A stretch of DNA of 64,000 nucleotides from the human T2T-CHM13v2.0 reference genome, Homo sapiens, in assembly GCF_009914755.1 (NCBI RefSeq), contig NC_060929.1; one strand, 5' to 3'. The translations under genes were made by a program, and so were the position numbers. Shown in pieces: positions 47,603 to 61,221 of this stretch (within the stretch, counting starts at the first letter, position 1; each line of letters opens with the position of its first letter). Under the pieces are notes generated by a model. That model ran no database searches. It saw nothing but the letters and a program-made list of their open reading frames with translations, and was not told the DNA's origin.

Positions 47603-50600
47603 GGACTGGATATATTTGCATTTTAGCTTAGAATATAAATTGACAATTGCCTAACATATTCCAATGAGTCTGCACACCTTTTCCACTAGCATTGTTTTCA
47701 TATTAGTGGCTTCTCATTCCCAGATATACCCTTGCACAATTAGGATTAACTCCAAATTTAAGCCTGAAGAATATGTTCAGGAGCACTACATACACTCAAG
47801 TAGGACAGGAAGCCTGTGAGAAGCCCTCATCTGATGTAATCACACAAAGTAGGGTAGAGACACCTGGCCAGAGTCACAGGTAGCATGATAATGAGGAGTC
47901 TGAAGGAATGATCTGGCAGTGGGTTGGGGAGGAGGAAGCTTTTCAGAAGAAACCACAAAGGGAGAAAAGAAAACTGGATAACAAACTGAAAACCAGGAAT
48001 CTGAATACGGAAAGGAGAGATGGCTTACCAGTTTTTACCAAGTTTAAGGAGCTGATGGGATCAGGTAAAACTCAGAACTGTTGGAGTCAAGCAGGTGAGT
48101 TTGCTCCTTGGAGGAGGCCTGGCCTTTGAATGGGTCCTGATAGCCAGGATCTATTACAATGGCCACCAAATAAAGCTCTTTGTGCAGTTAAATCCATGCC
48201 TCCGTGAGGTTTTCTGTTTTCATGTGCATGCACATGTGTATTCTCTCTTTAAAAAAGGACCTGCTGTCTAAATTTCCATATATTTCAGCACTGTTCCATT
48301 AGTGGACTTCAGATACAGAAAAAAGGATTCAATCATTTCCTTGAGGTCAAAGTGTGGAAGGACAGATTTTCTAATGTAGAGTTCTGAGTAAAAGCTTCCA
48401 TAGAACACATGATACTACCTTCCTTTCTATCTTTTTGCTGTCGATTATGAGTTTCACTTTGCTGCAGAGAAATTTTTTCATTAGCAGTTGCTTACTTGTA
48501 AGATGGAATAACACATTTGATAGCATTCTCTGTGCCCTATCATTAATTTATTTTGTTCACTGTGGTTGCAAAGATTAAAACCAAGTCCCTTGATACATTC
48601 GTAGACTCATAGAATTCAATTTGAATTCAGCATTAATTATTGTGCCATTAAGCATGTTCTCTTTTCTTGACACCACATGATATTAAGTCCCCTTAAACTT
48701 TTGGTTGTTCTTAGTAATTTACATTGTTTGAAAATAATATGAAGTGACATAGCAAGCAGAAGTCAAATCTACAGCTGATTTAACTCAATGTATTCCAAAT
48801 CACAATTCATTCTCCTATTAATACATCAGTTGTCAACTAAAATGTGTCTGTTAAGCTTATTATAGTAGCAGAACTTGTATCATAGTGTTTGTCACAAAAC
48901 TTCATAGAAAATAATTTTTGACATGCTTGAGTCTCATTGCTTGTGAGAGAGATCTTGCATTGTGTGAAAATAAAGCTAGATACCTTAGAAATCCTACTGT
49001 AGAGAAGTTGAAATAACAATATGATAACAAATTATTTGTTCTTAGGATGATAAAGAAAAATAAGCATAGTAGAGCATATAAATGGTTTTCTAATGTTTAA
49101 CCAGAGTCTAGTATTTTTTTGTGTGTTCCATAAATCACCCAATCTTTAAATTCAGAACATTTATATGACGCATTCATTTGTAGATGTTTTTTGTGAAGGT
49201 CAATTCTGACTTAGTATTTATGGCATGTGTTTATGCATTTGTCTAGGAAATTGGTAATGGAGACAAGTTATTTTATCTTCGTCTTTTGTGAGGAGCAGCA
49301 CTCAAATAGGTGATATTGGCTCTTATATTTAGAGAATATAAATGTATGCATGTCCACACCTGAGTTTGAGAACAAGCAAATAATGGTGGCAACATAATAT
49401 GAACAGTACCCACTTAAGTGACTTCTTTTTCATTCCCATTCAGAAAGGAAAAGCAGAAGTTACAGAAAACATTTTGTTTGTTCCTTCTCAAATAAAGCAA
49501 ATTATTGCTCCTTTTAAAATGACCTTCCATTTTCTAGGTGTATAAAACCATAACTGTCACAGCTAAGATGTATCAAACACATTAAGTATAGAATTAAATG
49601 TGAAGCAGTCAGTGTTCCATACATGAGGCTGAAAAAGGTGTTTCAGATATTTATAATTCCCACCATGACAAAGAAATGAAGAGATGCTGCAGCAAATGCG
49701 AAGAGATTGTTACTCAGACTGGTTTACCTGAGCCACCTGTACTAAATATAAGTTATACCATACTACAGGTGTTTACAGTCATTAATCAAATGAATACATT
49801 ATATACCTTAATATATTTCCTTATGAGCACAATTGACAACATAATTTATCTAAGATATCACATTTGAATCCAATGATTAAAATGTTGGCATAGTTTCACA
49901 TACATTTCCATTACAATGAATTAAACAAATCACAGAAGAAGATTCTATCAAAATGTACAATTATTCTACTTTAGGCACTGTTAAGTTTAAAATAGAAGAC
50001 ATCTTTGTGATGCTTCATGTTATATAGCTTCTAAGGCTGATTTTTAAAAGATCTAGTAAATACTTTGAATTGTATTCACGTCTCAAGCTGATCACTATTT
50101 ATGAGAGTCCTGTAAGCAGTGGTCTTTATAAAAGAGAAGAAAACAGAAAGAAAAGCAAAAATTGCTTTTATGTGATCCCTGGATGCTTTCACATTCAGAG
50201 CCTGGAGCAATTAAATGAAACCATAATTTGTTAGAACTATAAAGAAAGAGAAAATGGCCTGATGAGAATTTTGGGCAGTCTTAGCTTTAACATCTTCCCC
50301 AATGTCAGGGCAGTAGGATCTATCTGAGATGGCCAGTGGGATGAAAGGTACGTTCAGACCGGATGCTCGGTATAACAACTGGATAAAACCTATCAAGGTG
50401 TCTATACTGGTCTGTGTGGGTGAGCTAGAAGTGTATTCAATACACTCAGTGTATCTGTACTGACGATGTGTCCCCCATCATCAGCTTGAATAATCCCTGA
50501 GTCCATGTTGTTACATGATTATTGGATGCTTGGGTAGTCATTGGCTGAAGTTTTACCTGCAATCATGACCTGAAAAATCTGGGAGAAAAATCTCTAAGTG

Positions 50601-52150
50601 TGGAATGTCTACAGATAATTTTAAAGGTGGTAATACAACATTTCCTTGAGGAAAGCCTCACAAGAGCACAGCCCTGAATGCCTGACTCTGCAGAAAAGAG
50701 AATTCTAAGCTCAACGGACCCTAGATTTTACCTAAAATAGTACTTATTTTGAACCCAGATGAAGACAGGAAAAGGGAGTAGCAGCAGTTTACTCTCTAAC
50801 TTTATCGTCGGATGAAATATGTTGCCATTTTGTTTTGAAAGTTCCAAAACAAAGACATTGATTCTTGTCAAGGTTTCTCTCATTTGCTCCCTCCAGGCTG
50901 CAAGTTGTTCAGAAGCTGGGTGAAAGATCAAGGTGCCACAAACTTTCCTCATCCTTGTCCTTGAGAAAGACACCTTTCTACTTGAAACAATGCAATGGAT
51001 CCTGTGTCTCTACTGAACTTCAAAGACCTTGAAGGTGAAATGTGTTTCTGGCCCTTCAAAGGTTTGTATGACCTGCCTGTTGGATGGTGTTGATGTTGGT
51101 TAGTGCAGTTATCATCTGGCAGTAGAATTCACAGCCCTAAGTGGCATAGCATTATCTTTTTTGGCCAGGTAGTAATGCAGTTGGTAGAGGAATAATCACA
51201 TACATTGCCTCTTTTTTAACTTGTCTAGGCATTCAGCTACATAAACTATTCCTCATCACCTGGTCCTAAACAACAAATTGGCTGGAGAAAATGTAAGTGA
51301 GCACCGAAGAAATTTATCTCAAATTCCTGCAGGGAACTGAATTTGTGGCTCAACTGAAATAGGTAACCACTTCTACTTAATAGGTTATAAAGAGATATCA
51401 AATGGCATTGTGATGTATGTTCTTTAGTATGACCTTTGGCAGGCTACAGTGGCTTCTGAGGGATTTGAACCCACAATTAATGGTATTGCTTTCTTGTGAA
51501 TCTTTCTGTTAACATTCTCTGTAAATCATAAGAATCAAGGGATTGATTTCTTAGCTAATAGGTTTTTTGTGTGTACTTATCTCACCAATTACAGTAGGGC
51601 CATTAAACAAACAATGACTTTTGGAGGAAAATATAAGGGTGGGAATATTTGAATGCCAAATATTTAATAATAATAATATGTAGACTGAATCTGACCTTCA
51701 GCTAGGCCTACTGTGGTATCTGTCATTTGGTATTTAGGCATGTAATTTAGATTTAATTAAAGCAATTTCAACTAGTATATATTAGAAAAGGTTGTTATTC
51801 TCCCCAAGTGGTTGTCTGATCCTACTTTATTAGAAAATATTCATTCAAATTAACATAAACAGAACTGGAGAATAAAAACCTTAGGTAAAGATAAAGTCTT
51901 CATTTGAAACACAATTTTAATAGATAATAAGGCCTTTCACAGAATAATCACAAAGTTATATATAGAATTATTGAATAACATTTATTAGAGTTGCTTCCTA
52001 CATCCTCTTGCAGATTTTTCAGAGCTACAGGTTAGAGTTTAAAATGTCTCAAACTTCTGAAATTAAACATATCAGCATTTCAATAGAAAATGCCCTTTTT
52101 GTTCATAATTAATCTAAAATCAGCCATAGTCATTTTTTAATACTTCAAAG

Positions 52151-52409
52151 TTTCTAAGAGGTTACATAAATTATTATGCTATAAATATAGTATTTATATT
52201 TTTATTATATATACTATTAATATACTTATACTATTAATATAATTATACTAATAGTATATTTAATATATATAATATATACTTATATAATTATATTATATAA
52301 TTATATTAATAGTATATTTATAATATAATAATGTAGGTAACCTCTTGGAAATATATAGTATATTTTTATGCTATACCTATTTAACCTCTTGGAAATATGT
52401 AGTATATTT
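52151..52409. repeat. AT-rich imperfect palindrome plus 28-bp direct repeat
   Basis: Arms 52151-52177 and 52325-52351 are reverse complements (24/27); inner 21-bp perfect inverted pair; direct copies at 52338 and 52382. Confidence 0.85.
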
Positions 52410-52765
52410 ATTGTAAATAGAAACATCCTTACCCATTCACCTTTACAATAGCTTTGCTAAATATTTTACAAAACATAACTCCTGCCCTTCAAGAAACTAG
52501 AAACATAAAATTTCATGCAAGTATTTACCCACACTCAAATTAAAAGGAGGAGAAGAAAGAAAAAAGCAAAAGTTTGTGCTATTTTAGAAAATAAAAGGCA
52601 AATAATATGATCATTTTAAGATAGCCACTATTCAATATTTTGTAATATTATTTCTCCTTGTAGAAATGTGAAAGAAACAAAAACAGATATGAGAATTGGT
52701 TAGAGGTCAGAAAAGAAACTGTAGGCCTTAGATGAAGAATAAAATGAATATTGAAAAGAAATAAG

Positions 52766-54088
52766 AATGGATAAATCAAGCTAATTAACATATGAATTAC
52801 CTCACATAATTTCTTGTGGTAAGAACACTTAAAATCTACTCTCATCACTGGCCATCGGAAAAATGCAAATCAAAACCACAATGAGATACCATCTCACACC
52901 AGTTAGAATGGCAATCATTAAAAAGTCAGGAAACAACAGGTGCTGGAGAGGATGTGGAGAAATAGGAAACTTTTACACTGTCAGTGGGACTGTAAACTAG
53001 TTCAACCATTGTGGAAGTCAGTGTGGTGATTCCTCAGGGATCTAGAACTAGAAATACCATTTGACCCAGCCATCCCATTACTGGGTATATACCCAAAGGA
53101 TTATAAATCATGCTGCTATAAAGACACATGCACACGTATGTTTATTGCGGCATTATTCACAATAGCAAAGACTTGGAACCAACCCAAATGTACAACAATG
53201 ATAGACTGGATTAAGAAAATGTGGCACATATACACCATGGAATACTATGCAGCCATAAAAAATGATGAGTTCATGTCCTTTGTAGGGACATGGATGAAGC
53301 TGGAAACCATCATTCTCAGCAAACTATCACAAGGACAAAAAACCAAACACCGCATGTTCTCACTCATAGGTGGGAATTGAACAATGAGAACACATGGACA
53401 CAGGAAGGGGAACATCACACACAGGGGCCTGTTGTGGGGTGGGGGAGCGGGGAGGGATAGCATTAGGAGATATACCTAATGTTAAATGACGAGTTAATGG
53501 GCACAGCACACCAACGTGGCACAAGTATATATATGTAACAAACCTACACGTTGTGCACATGTACCCTAAAACTTAAAGTATAATAAAAAAAATCTACTCT
53601 TAACAATTTTCAAGAATATATACATTGCTATTGCTACTAACTATAGTTATGTTGTACAATAGATCTCTTGAGCTTATTCCTCCTGTCTAACTGAAATTTT
53701 GTGTCCTTTGACCAACAACATCTCCCTAAACTCATTAACTTCCAGCTCTCAGTTCCTGGTAATCACGATGCTACTCTCTGCCTCTATGAGTTCAACTTTT
53801 TTAGATTTCACATATAAATGAGATCATGTGGTATTTACCCTCTGTGGCTGGATTATTTCATTTAACATAATGTGCTCCAGGTTCATTCATGTTGTTGCAA
53901 ATGACAGGATTTACTTCTTTTCAAAGCTGAACAGTATTCTATTGTGTACACAGACCACATTTTCTTCATCCATTCATCTCTTGATGGACACTTAGCAATT
54001 CCACAATGTATACATATTTCAAAACATTATGTTGAACAGGATAAATGTATAAAACTTTTATTTAGTAATTGTAAGTGTAAATAAATAA
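52766..54088 (-). mobile_element. L1MA (MA5-7-like) 3' end with inversion: minus 52766-53993, plus 53993-54088
   Basis: Minus part begins at aatggataaatcaagctaattaacatatg; plus part continues the consensus with ttagcaattccacaatgtatacatatttcaaaacat. Confidence 0.75.
52843..53588 (+). mobile_element. LINE-1 (L1PA4-like), 5'-truncated
   Basis: ORF2 C-terminus and 3' UTR; 12-bp TSD aaaatctactct 52831-52842 / 53589-53600 at a canonical TT/AAAA site. Confidence 0.96.
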
Positions 54089-54143
54089 CAGAGTTTTGAA
54101 AAAAAGAAAGATTTATATATCCTAAGAATTTAAAATGCAACAA

Positions 54144-56442
54144 CTTTGTTCTTTTTGCTTATGATTACCTTGGCTATTCAGGCTGTTTTTTGGTTCCATA
54201 TGAATTTTAAAATATTTTTTCTACTTCTGTGAAGAATGTCATGCTAGTTTAATGGGAATAGCATTGACTCTATAAATTGCGTTGGCAGTATGGCCATATT
54301 GATTCTTCCTATCCATGAGCATGCAATGTTTTTCCATTTGTTTGTCCCATCTCTGATTTCTTTGAGCAGTGGTTTGTAGTTATACTTGAAGAAGTCTGTT
54401 ACTTCCCTTGTTAGCTGTATTTCTAGGTATTTTATTCTTTTTGTGGCAATTGTGAATGGGAGTTCATTTGTGATTTGGCTCTTGGCTTGCCTGTAGTTGG
54501 TGTATATGAAAGCTATCGACTTTTGCACATCGATTTCGTATCCTGAGATTTTGCCAAAGTTGCTTATCAGCTTAAGAAGATTTTGGGCTGAGATGATGGG
54601 GTGTTCTAAATATAGGATCATTTTATCTGCAAACAAAGAAAGTTTGACTTTCTCTCTTCCTATTTGAATTTCCTTTATTTCTTTTTCTTATCTGATTGCC
54701 CTGGCCAGACCTTCCAACACTATGTTGAATAGGAGTGGTGAGAGAAGGCAACCTCGCCTTGTGCCAGTTTGCAAGGGGAATGCTTCCAGCTTTTCCCCAT
54801 TCAGTATGATTTTGGCTATGGGTTTGTCATATATGGCTCTTATTATTTTAGGGTATGTTCCTTCAATACTTAGTTTATTAAGAGCTTTTACCATGAAGGA
54901 CATTGAATTTTATTGAAGGCCTTTTCCGCGTCTACTGAGATAATCATGTGGTTTTTGTCTTTAGTTCTGTCTATGTGATGAATTACGTTAACATGATGCA
55001 TCATGCTACCCAACTTCAAACTGTACTACTGGACTACAGTAATCAAAACAGCACGGTACTGGCATGGCCCAAAAACAGACACATAGACCAATGGAACAGA
55101 ACAGAGAACCCAGAAATAAGGCCACACACCTACAACCACCTGATCATCAACAAACCTGACACACAAGCAATGGAGAAAGGATTCCTCATTTAGTAAATGG
55201 TGCAAGGAGAAGTGATGAGCCATATGCAGAAAATTAAAATCAGACCCCTTCCTTACACCATATACAAAAATCAACTCAAAATGGATTAAAGAATTAAATG
55301 TAAAATCCAAAACTATAAAAACTCCGGAAGAAAAACTAGGCAATACCATTCAGGACATTGGCACAGGCAAACATTTCATGACGAAGACACCAAAAGCAAT
55401 TGCAACAAAAGCAAAAATTGACAAATGGGGTCTAAAGAGCTTCTGCACAGCAACAGAAACTGTAAACAACATAAACAGACAACCTATGTAATGAGAAAGT
55501 ATTTCGCAATCTATCCATCTGACAAAGGTCTAATATCCAGCATCTATTAAGAACTTAAACATATTTACAAGAAAAAAAAACCCCATTAAAAAGTGGGCAA
55601 TGGACATGAACAGACACTTCTCAAAAGAAGACACACATGCAGCCAACAATCATATGAAAAAAGCTCAGCATCACTGCATTAGAGAAATGCAAATCAAAAT
55701 CACAATGAGGTACCATCTAACACAAGTTAGAATGGCTATTACTAAAAAGTCAAAAAACAACAGATTCTGATGGCATTGTGGAGAAAAAGAAACACTTTTA
55801 CACTGTTGGTGGGAGTGTAAATTAGCTCAATCATTGTGGAAGACAGTGTGGCAATTCCTTAAAGACCTAGAAGCCTTAAATACCATTTGACCCAGCAATC
55901 CTATTACTGGGATATACCCAAAGTAATATAAATCATTTTATTATAAAGACATATGCACACGTATGTTCATTGCAGCACTATTTACAATAGCAAAGACATG
56001 GAATCAACCTAAATGTCCATCAGTGATAGGCTGGATAAAGAAAATGTGGTACATATACACCATGGAATACTATGCAGCCATAAAAAGGAGTGAGAGCATG
56101 TCTTTTGCAGGATGGAGCTGGAGGCCATTATCCTTAGCAAACTAATGCAGGAACAGAAAACCAAATACTGAATGTTCTCACTTGTAGGTGGGAGCTAAAT
56201 AATAACACATGGACACATATTTGGGAACAACACACATTGGGGTCTGTCAAAGGGCTGGGGTAGGGAGAAGGGAGAGGATCAGGAAGAATGAATAACTAAT
56301 GGATGCTTGGCTTAATACCTGGGTGATGAGATGACCTGTGCATCAAACCACCATAGCACATGTTTACCTATGTAACAAATCCATACATCCTGCACATGTA
56401 CCCCTGAACTTAAAATACAAGTTGGAAGTTAAAAAAATAAAA
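54144..56442 (+). mobile_element. LINE-1 (L1PA8A-11-like) with twin-priming inversion (54144-~54990 inverted)
   Basis: Minus-strand RT peptides (ORFs 54244..54636, 54688..54903), then plus-strand ORF2 3' part and UTR; TSD taaaat(g/a)caacaa 54131-54143 / 56443-56455. Confidence 0.93.
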
Positions 56443-58169
56443 TAAAATACAACAAATTTATATGCCAGTAAAATTAATTTACTAACGCTAAAAAAGCAAT
56501 AGAAAAGTAAATGAAGAAACAGATGAAAAGAAAGAGAAAAGCAAACATTTCCAATTTTAAAAAGCAGTTGTAAGACATTCTTATGGTGATACTTCCAATC
56601 TTCCTGACTCATTGCCCAGTTTAAAATTCAGGTAAAATTCAAGTAAGTGGACTTATGCTTGTTTGAATATTGAAGGGAGGAAATTACGAACAACTAGAGA
56701 TTAGATAATTCAGGAATTGTGACCAGAAATAACTGCAGTGCTGACATGATTATGCAAGTGGTGAAATCCTTTTACAGGAGGTAAAAAATGTGCTTAATAT
56801 TTGCAAAGAATGGAGATGTTTCTCAGGGTCTAGCTGGAGTATAACACTGCAAAAATAAAAAAGATGGCTTACACTTTGACAAATTTTGAACAGATTAAAT
56901 TCAAACATAGGAAAATTTCATTCAAATACTATATCAACTGAATTTAATTATTAATAAGCTTATCACAAGGCATTCCCTGGAAAATCTGCTTCTGCTCTAA
57001 TCTTAGTATCAACTTTTTGAAAAATGTGTTGCGGCCAAGTAAATATGAAAATGCTCCCTACTTCATGGGGAAATTTATGATAAAGGGCCCTCTTTTATTT
57101 TGTTTCTACCAAATAATGAGTGCAGTGATTTAAAAAATTGAACAGTATGGGAAGGTTTACAATGATAAACCTCATCCACTGTCCCAGTGTTCCTGAACCC
57201 ACATCTGCTCACAACAGGCAACCATTTTAATGATCTCTGTTAGTTCTTCTAGTGTGGCTACCTTCATGTCTGTAAATAATATTCTTATGCTGCTTTTATA
57301 TTCATCAATGTTATATAATATATACTATATTTCTGCTATGAAATATAATATTTACCTCAACTACTTGCACTCCACCATCCTTCCAGTACTGTTACATTTT
57401 TTTTAATTTCTTCAATTTGTCACCATTGTATCTTTAAACCATATGATTAAAACGCTACTTCTTCTATTAACTGTAGATAATATCTCTTGTTTTCTGTTTT
57501 GTTTCGTTATATAATAAGGTAGCTTTTATAATTAGGTAGCTTTTAAATATTAGCTACCTAATATTCAAAAGTATGATAAAATACTTTTGAATACACCCAT
57601 TTGTAAAATATACCCATTTGTAAAATGATGATTCTTTCTGCTAAGACTTTTTTTGTATGCCCTTAGCTGTCAGATGCCAGAGCCAGTCAGCAGATAATTA
57701 CGGTTTAATTCCTAAGTTAGCACTCTGAGCCTCCTAAATAATACATGTACTTCATAATGGGGTTACTTTCTCCAAAACAAGCCTGAGCCTTTTATGTCCC
57801 ATGACTAAGTTTATCTCAAGGGTCCATAGCCACCCATGAGTGCGTACATCATCTACATTTTGGCAACTGCGTTTTCAGACTTCCTTATGCTCCAGCTCCA
57901 GCTCCAGCCAGGACTGGTTTCTCTCTGTGCCTGCTCCCCAATGGTCACCTTCGAGCTTATAATTATATTTTCTTCTGGGTTGGATGCACTGTTTTCTGCA
58001 CTCTATATTCTCCTCTTTCTAGTTTGCAGCCATGTCTTGTTGGTGCACATTCTCTAACAGCTCCTTCAGAAAGAGTACAAGGGAAATTATTTTTCTAAAA
58101 CTTATATGTCCTAAAATATCTATGAATATAAATCTCTGATAAAAAATATGTCCTCCCAGAAGCTCCATG

Positions 58170-58785
58170 ACAGTATCTGAGCAGAGATTTCTTGGCTATG
58201 ACCCCAAAAGCACACAACAAAAGCAAAAACAGACATATGGGATTGCATCAAACTAAAGTGTTTCTGCACAGCAAAGGACACAACTAATAAGAGTGAAGAG
58301 ACAACCCAAAGACTGGGAGAAAATATTTGCAAATCATACTTCAGATAAGGAGCCAATATCCAAAACATATAGGCAACTCAAATAACTCATTAGCAAGAAA
58401 ACAAATAACCCTGTTTAAAAAAAATGGACAAAAGACTTGAATAAACATTTCTCAAGAGAAGACATACAAATGGCCAACAGGTGCATGAAAAAAGTGCTCA
58501 ACATTTCTAATCATCAGTGAAATACAAATTAAAATCACAGTGAAATATCACCTTATACTTGTTAGACTGGCTATTGTCAAAAAGATGAAAGATAACAAAT
58601 GTTAGTAAGGATGTGAAAAAATGGAACTCTTGTACACTGTTAGTGGGAATGTAAATTAGTACAGCCATTATGGAAAACAGTACAGCAGTTATTCAAAAAA
58701 CTAAAAATAGAATTATCATATGATCCAGCAATCCCACTATTGGGTATATACCAAAAAAATTGAAAGAAAAAGAAAAGAAAGAAGT
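58170..58785 (+). mobile_element. L1MA/MB ORF2 3' fragment
   Basis: gggattgcatcaaactaaagtgtttctgcacagcaaagga...tgatccagcaatcccactattgggtatatacc. Confidence 0.85.
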
Positions 58786-58879
58786 TATAGTGAGGGGCAT
58801 CATAGAAACTTACCATGAAACAGTTAAAAAATCAGAACAGGACAACAGCAATAAAAGTAGCTACCATGGTAGTGGTAAT

Positions 58880-59110
58880 AATGACAATAATAATAACAAC
58901 AGCTAACACATGCAGTGCTTACAATGGGCTAATGTCACTTTGCACATTTTACTCATTTAATATTGACAACTTTATGATCTACTCATTTCCCAGATGAGGA
59001 AACTGAGGCACTGAGAGATAAGACAATTTTCTCCAATTACATAGGTAGTTAAGTGGCAGAGTCATAATTCATACTTGTTTCACATGATTCACTTCAGCTC
59101 CAGGGCCTGT
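58880..59110 (-). mobile_element. MIR SINE
   Basis: cagatgaggaaactgaggcactgagag...agttaagtggcagagt core. Confidence 0.75.
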
Positions 59111-59570
59111 GCTCTTAATCATTACAATTACAGGTGCAAAAGATGTGGTGGCAACTAGCTGTTGTAGACCAAGGACAAAACACTATCCTGTTCTCCCTCA
59201 GATAAGACTCAGATCTCTTACATGGTCCAGTGGAGGAGGACAGGAATCTGAAACAATGAATGACACTGAACTTCTAACAACCCTGAGTATATGGGACTAA
59301 GAGCTACGTTGTGTTTTATTTAGAAAAATAATGATCATTTCTTATATCTTACAAGTCATTGAGAAATCCATGCCTGTTGCAAATTTCTCTGTACCGTCTC
59401 TGTCATTATGATTACTTTACTCACTATTAAAATATCACCTATACTAAATAATACACTCTCCCAGGTTTTCTTATTTCTCCTCTTAAGCACAAGCTTGGCT
59501 TATTGAAGTGTGAAGAGAGACAGTCCTACAAGATACTTCAACATAGGGAGAAGAGTTAACCTTGGAAAAG

Positions 59571-59596
59571 CACAAACACACACACACACACACACA
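59571..59596 (+). repeat. (CA)n microsatellite
   Basis: Seen directly. Confidence 0.9.
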
Positions 59597-59829
59597 AAAT
59601 AGTGTGAATAGTCTTGATTTGTGGGAACAACTACAAGGGAAACTTAAGCATTCCATATTTCTTTGTGATGCTAAAGCAAAAAAGGAAAATTGGAAATAGC
59701 GATATCCATCGTTAAAAAGTTTTTAAAACAAAACAATTAGTCATGCAATAAAACAACTACCAGTGACTGTAGGATTTCCAAGAGTTTATATTGCTGCATC
59801 TTAAAAATTGAATAATAACGATTTAATGG

Positions 59830-60555
59830 TTTTTTTAAAAGCTAGAAACCACATGGATATTTATCTGATCTTAAAATGAGGAAAAACATTTTAAACATTA
59901 CATCAAATACAAAACAACAAAAGTAAAAATAAAACTGCATCTTCACTATAATCAAAACATCTGTATGGCCAAAAATAACTATAAACAAAGGTGAAAAGGC
60001 AAATAAAAAAACTGTGAGAAAATATTTATAATACATAATGCACAAAGAATTAATATCCTTAATATAGAAGGAACTATTAAAAATCATAAAAAATTAGCTC
60101 GGAGCCCATAAAGAAAACTGAATAAAAGATGTGAACAGGCAAATGGCAAAATAAAAAAAAAATTTAACTATATGAACAATAAATATATTAAAACCTATTC
60201 AACATATCTGGCATTAAAGAGAGTTATAGCATAAAGCAATAAGATAACATTTCTAAATTTGTCAAATTGGTATAATGTTTAAAAGTGAAAAGATCCAGGG
60301 TTAGTGGAAGTGCAATAGAATAAACACCTAGTAAAAATGTTAATTGGTACATATTTCCTGGGACAAAATTTGGAAATATAAATCAAGAACCTTAAAATTG
60401 TTTTACACTTTAAATCAGGGATATAAAAATTAAATGTTAAGGTGTTAATTGCACCACTATTTTTTATAACAGGAAAATATGAAAAACAAACTAGGTGCAA
60501 AATTGTGAGAATTCTTACATTTAAAAATGATAAACCATATAATAACATACCATGA
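59830..60555 (+). mobile_element. Ancient L1ME-like ORF2 3' fragment
   Basis: A-rich degenerate match (gagaaaatattt..aatacata...acaaagaattaatatccttaatatagaaggaact; aaagatgtgaacaggcaa). Confidence 0.6.
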
Positions 60556-60559
60556 AGCT

Positions 60560-60938
60560 TCCTGTGGTTTGAATGTGTCCCTCAAAGTTCACGTGTTGGA
60601 AATTTAATGCAATAATGTTGACAAGTGAGACCTTTAACAGGTGATTTGGTCATAAAGGCTCTGTCCCCATGAATGGATTAAAGCCATTATAACAGGAATG
60701 GATTAGTTATAGCAGGAGTGGATTCCTGATAAAAATATGAGTTAATCTCCCTTTCCTTGACTCTCTTTTGCCCTTCTGCCTTTCACCATGGGTTGACACA
60801 GCAAGAAGGCCCTTGCCAGACATGGGCTCCTCAACATTGGACTTCCCAGTCCAGAACTATAAGAAATAAATCTCTGTTCTTTCCTAAATCACCAAGTCTC
60901 AGGTATTTTGTTACAGCAGCACAAAATGAACTAAGACA
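60560..60938 (+). mobile_element. MaLR solo LTR (MST-type)
   Basis: tgtggtttgaatgtgtccc...ggacttccca.tccagaact.taagaaataaat...gcagcacaaaatgaactaagaca; 5-bp TSD aagct/aagtt. Confidence 0.88.
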
Positions 60939-61130
60939 AAGTTATAAAAGTAATTTTTGAAAAGTTTACTTTCTGATACAGAAAAATGTGTATGTCATAA
61001 CATGGAATATAAAGCAAAATATCGTGAGGCATTAAATTAGGCATAGTTATTCCAGTGAGAAGAGGAAAGTCTATGTAAAAGAAGTGGTAGCTGACTTAAC
61101 ATTGAAGCATTGAAGCATGAACAAGATTTT

Positions 61131-61221
61131 TTTTTTTTTTTTTTGAGGTGGAGTCTCGCTCTGTCGCCCAGGCTGGAGTGCAATGGCGCGATCTCGGCTC
61201 ACTGCAAGCTCCGCCTCCCGG
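61131..61221 (-). mobile_element. 5'-truncated AluY (last ~76 nt plus tail)
   Basis: ctgcaagctccgcctcccgg diagnostic; perfect 14-bp TSD atgaacaagatttt 61117-61130 / 61222-61235. Confidence 0.95.

Noticed and set aside
49720-49760. Possible 9-nt minus-strand micro-exon (tacag/gtggctcag/gtaaac)
   Set aside because: Weak polypyrimidine tract and no host gene evidence; cannot be separated from chance.
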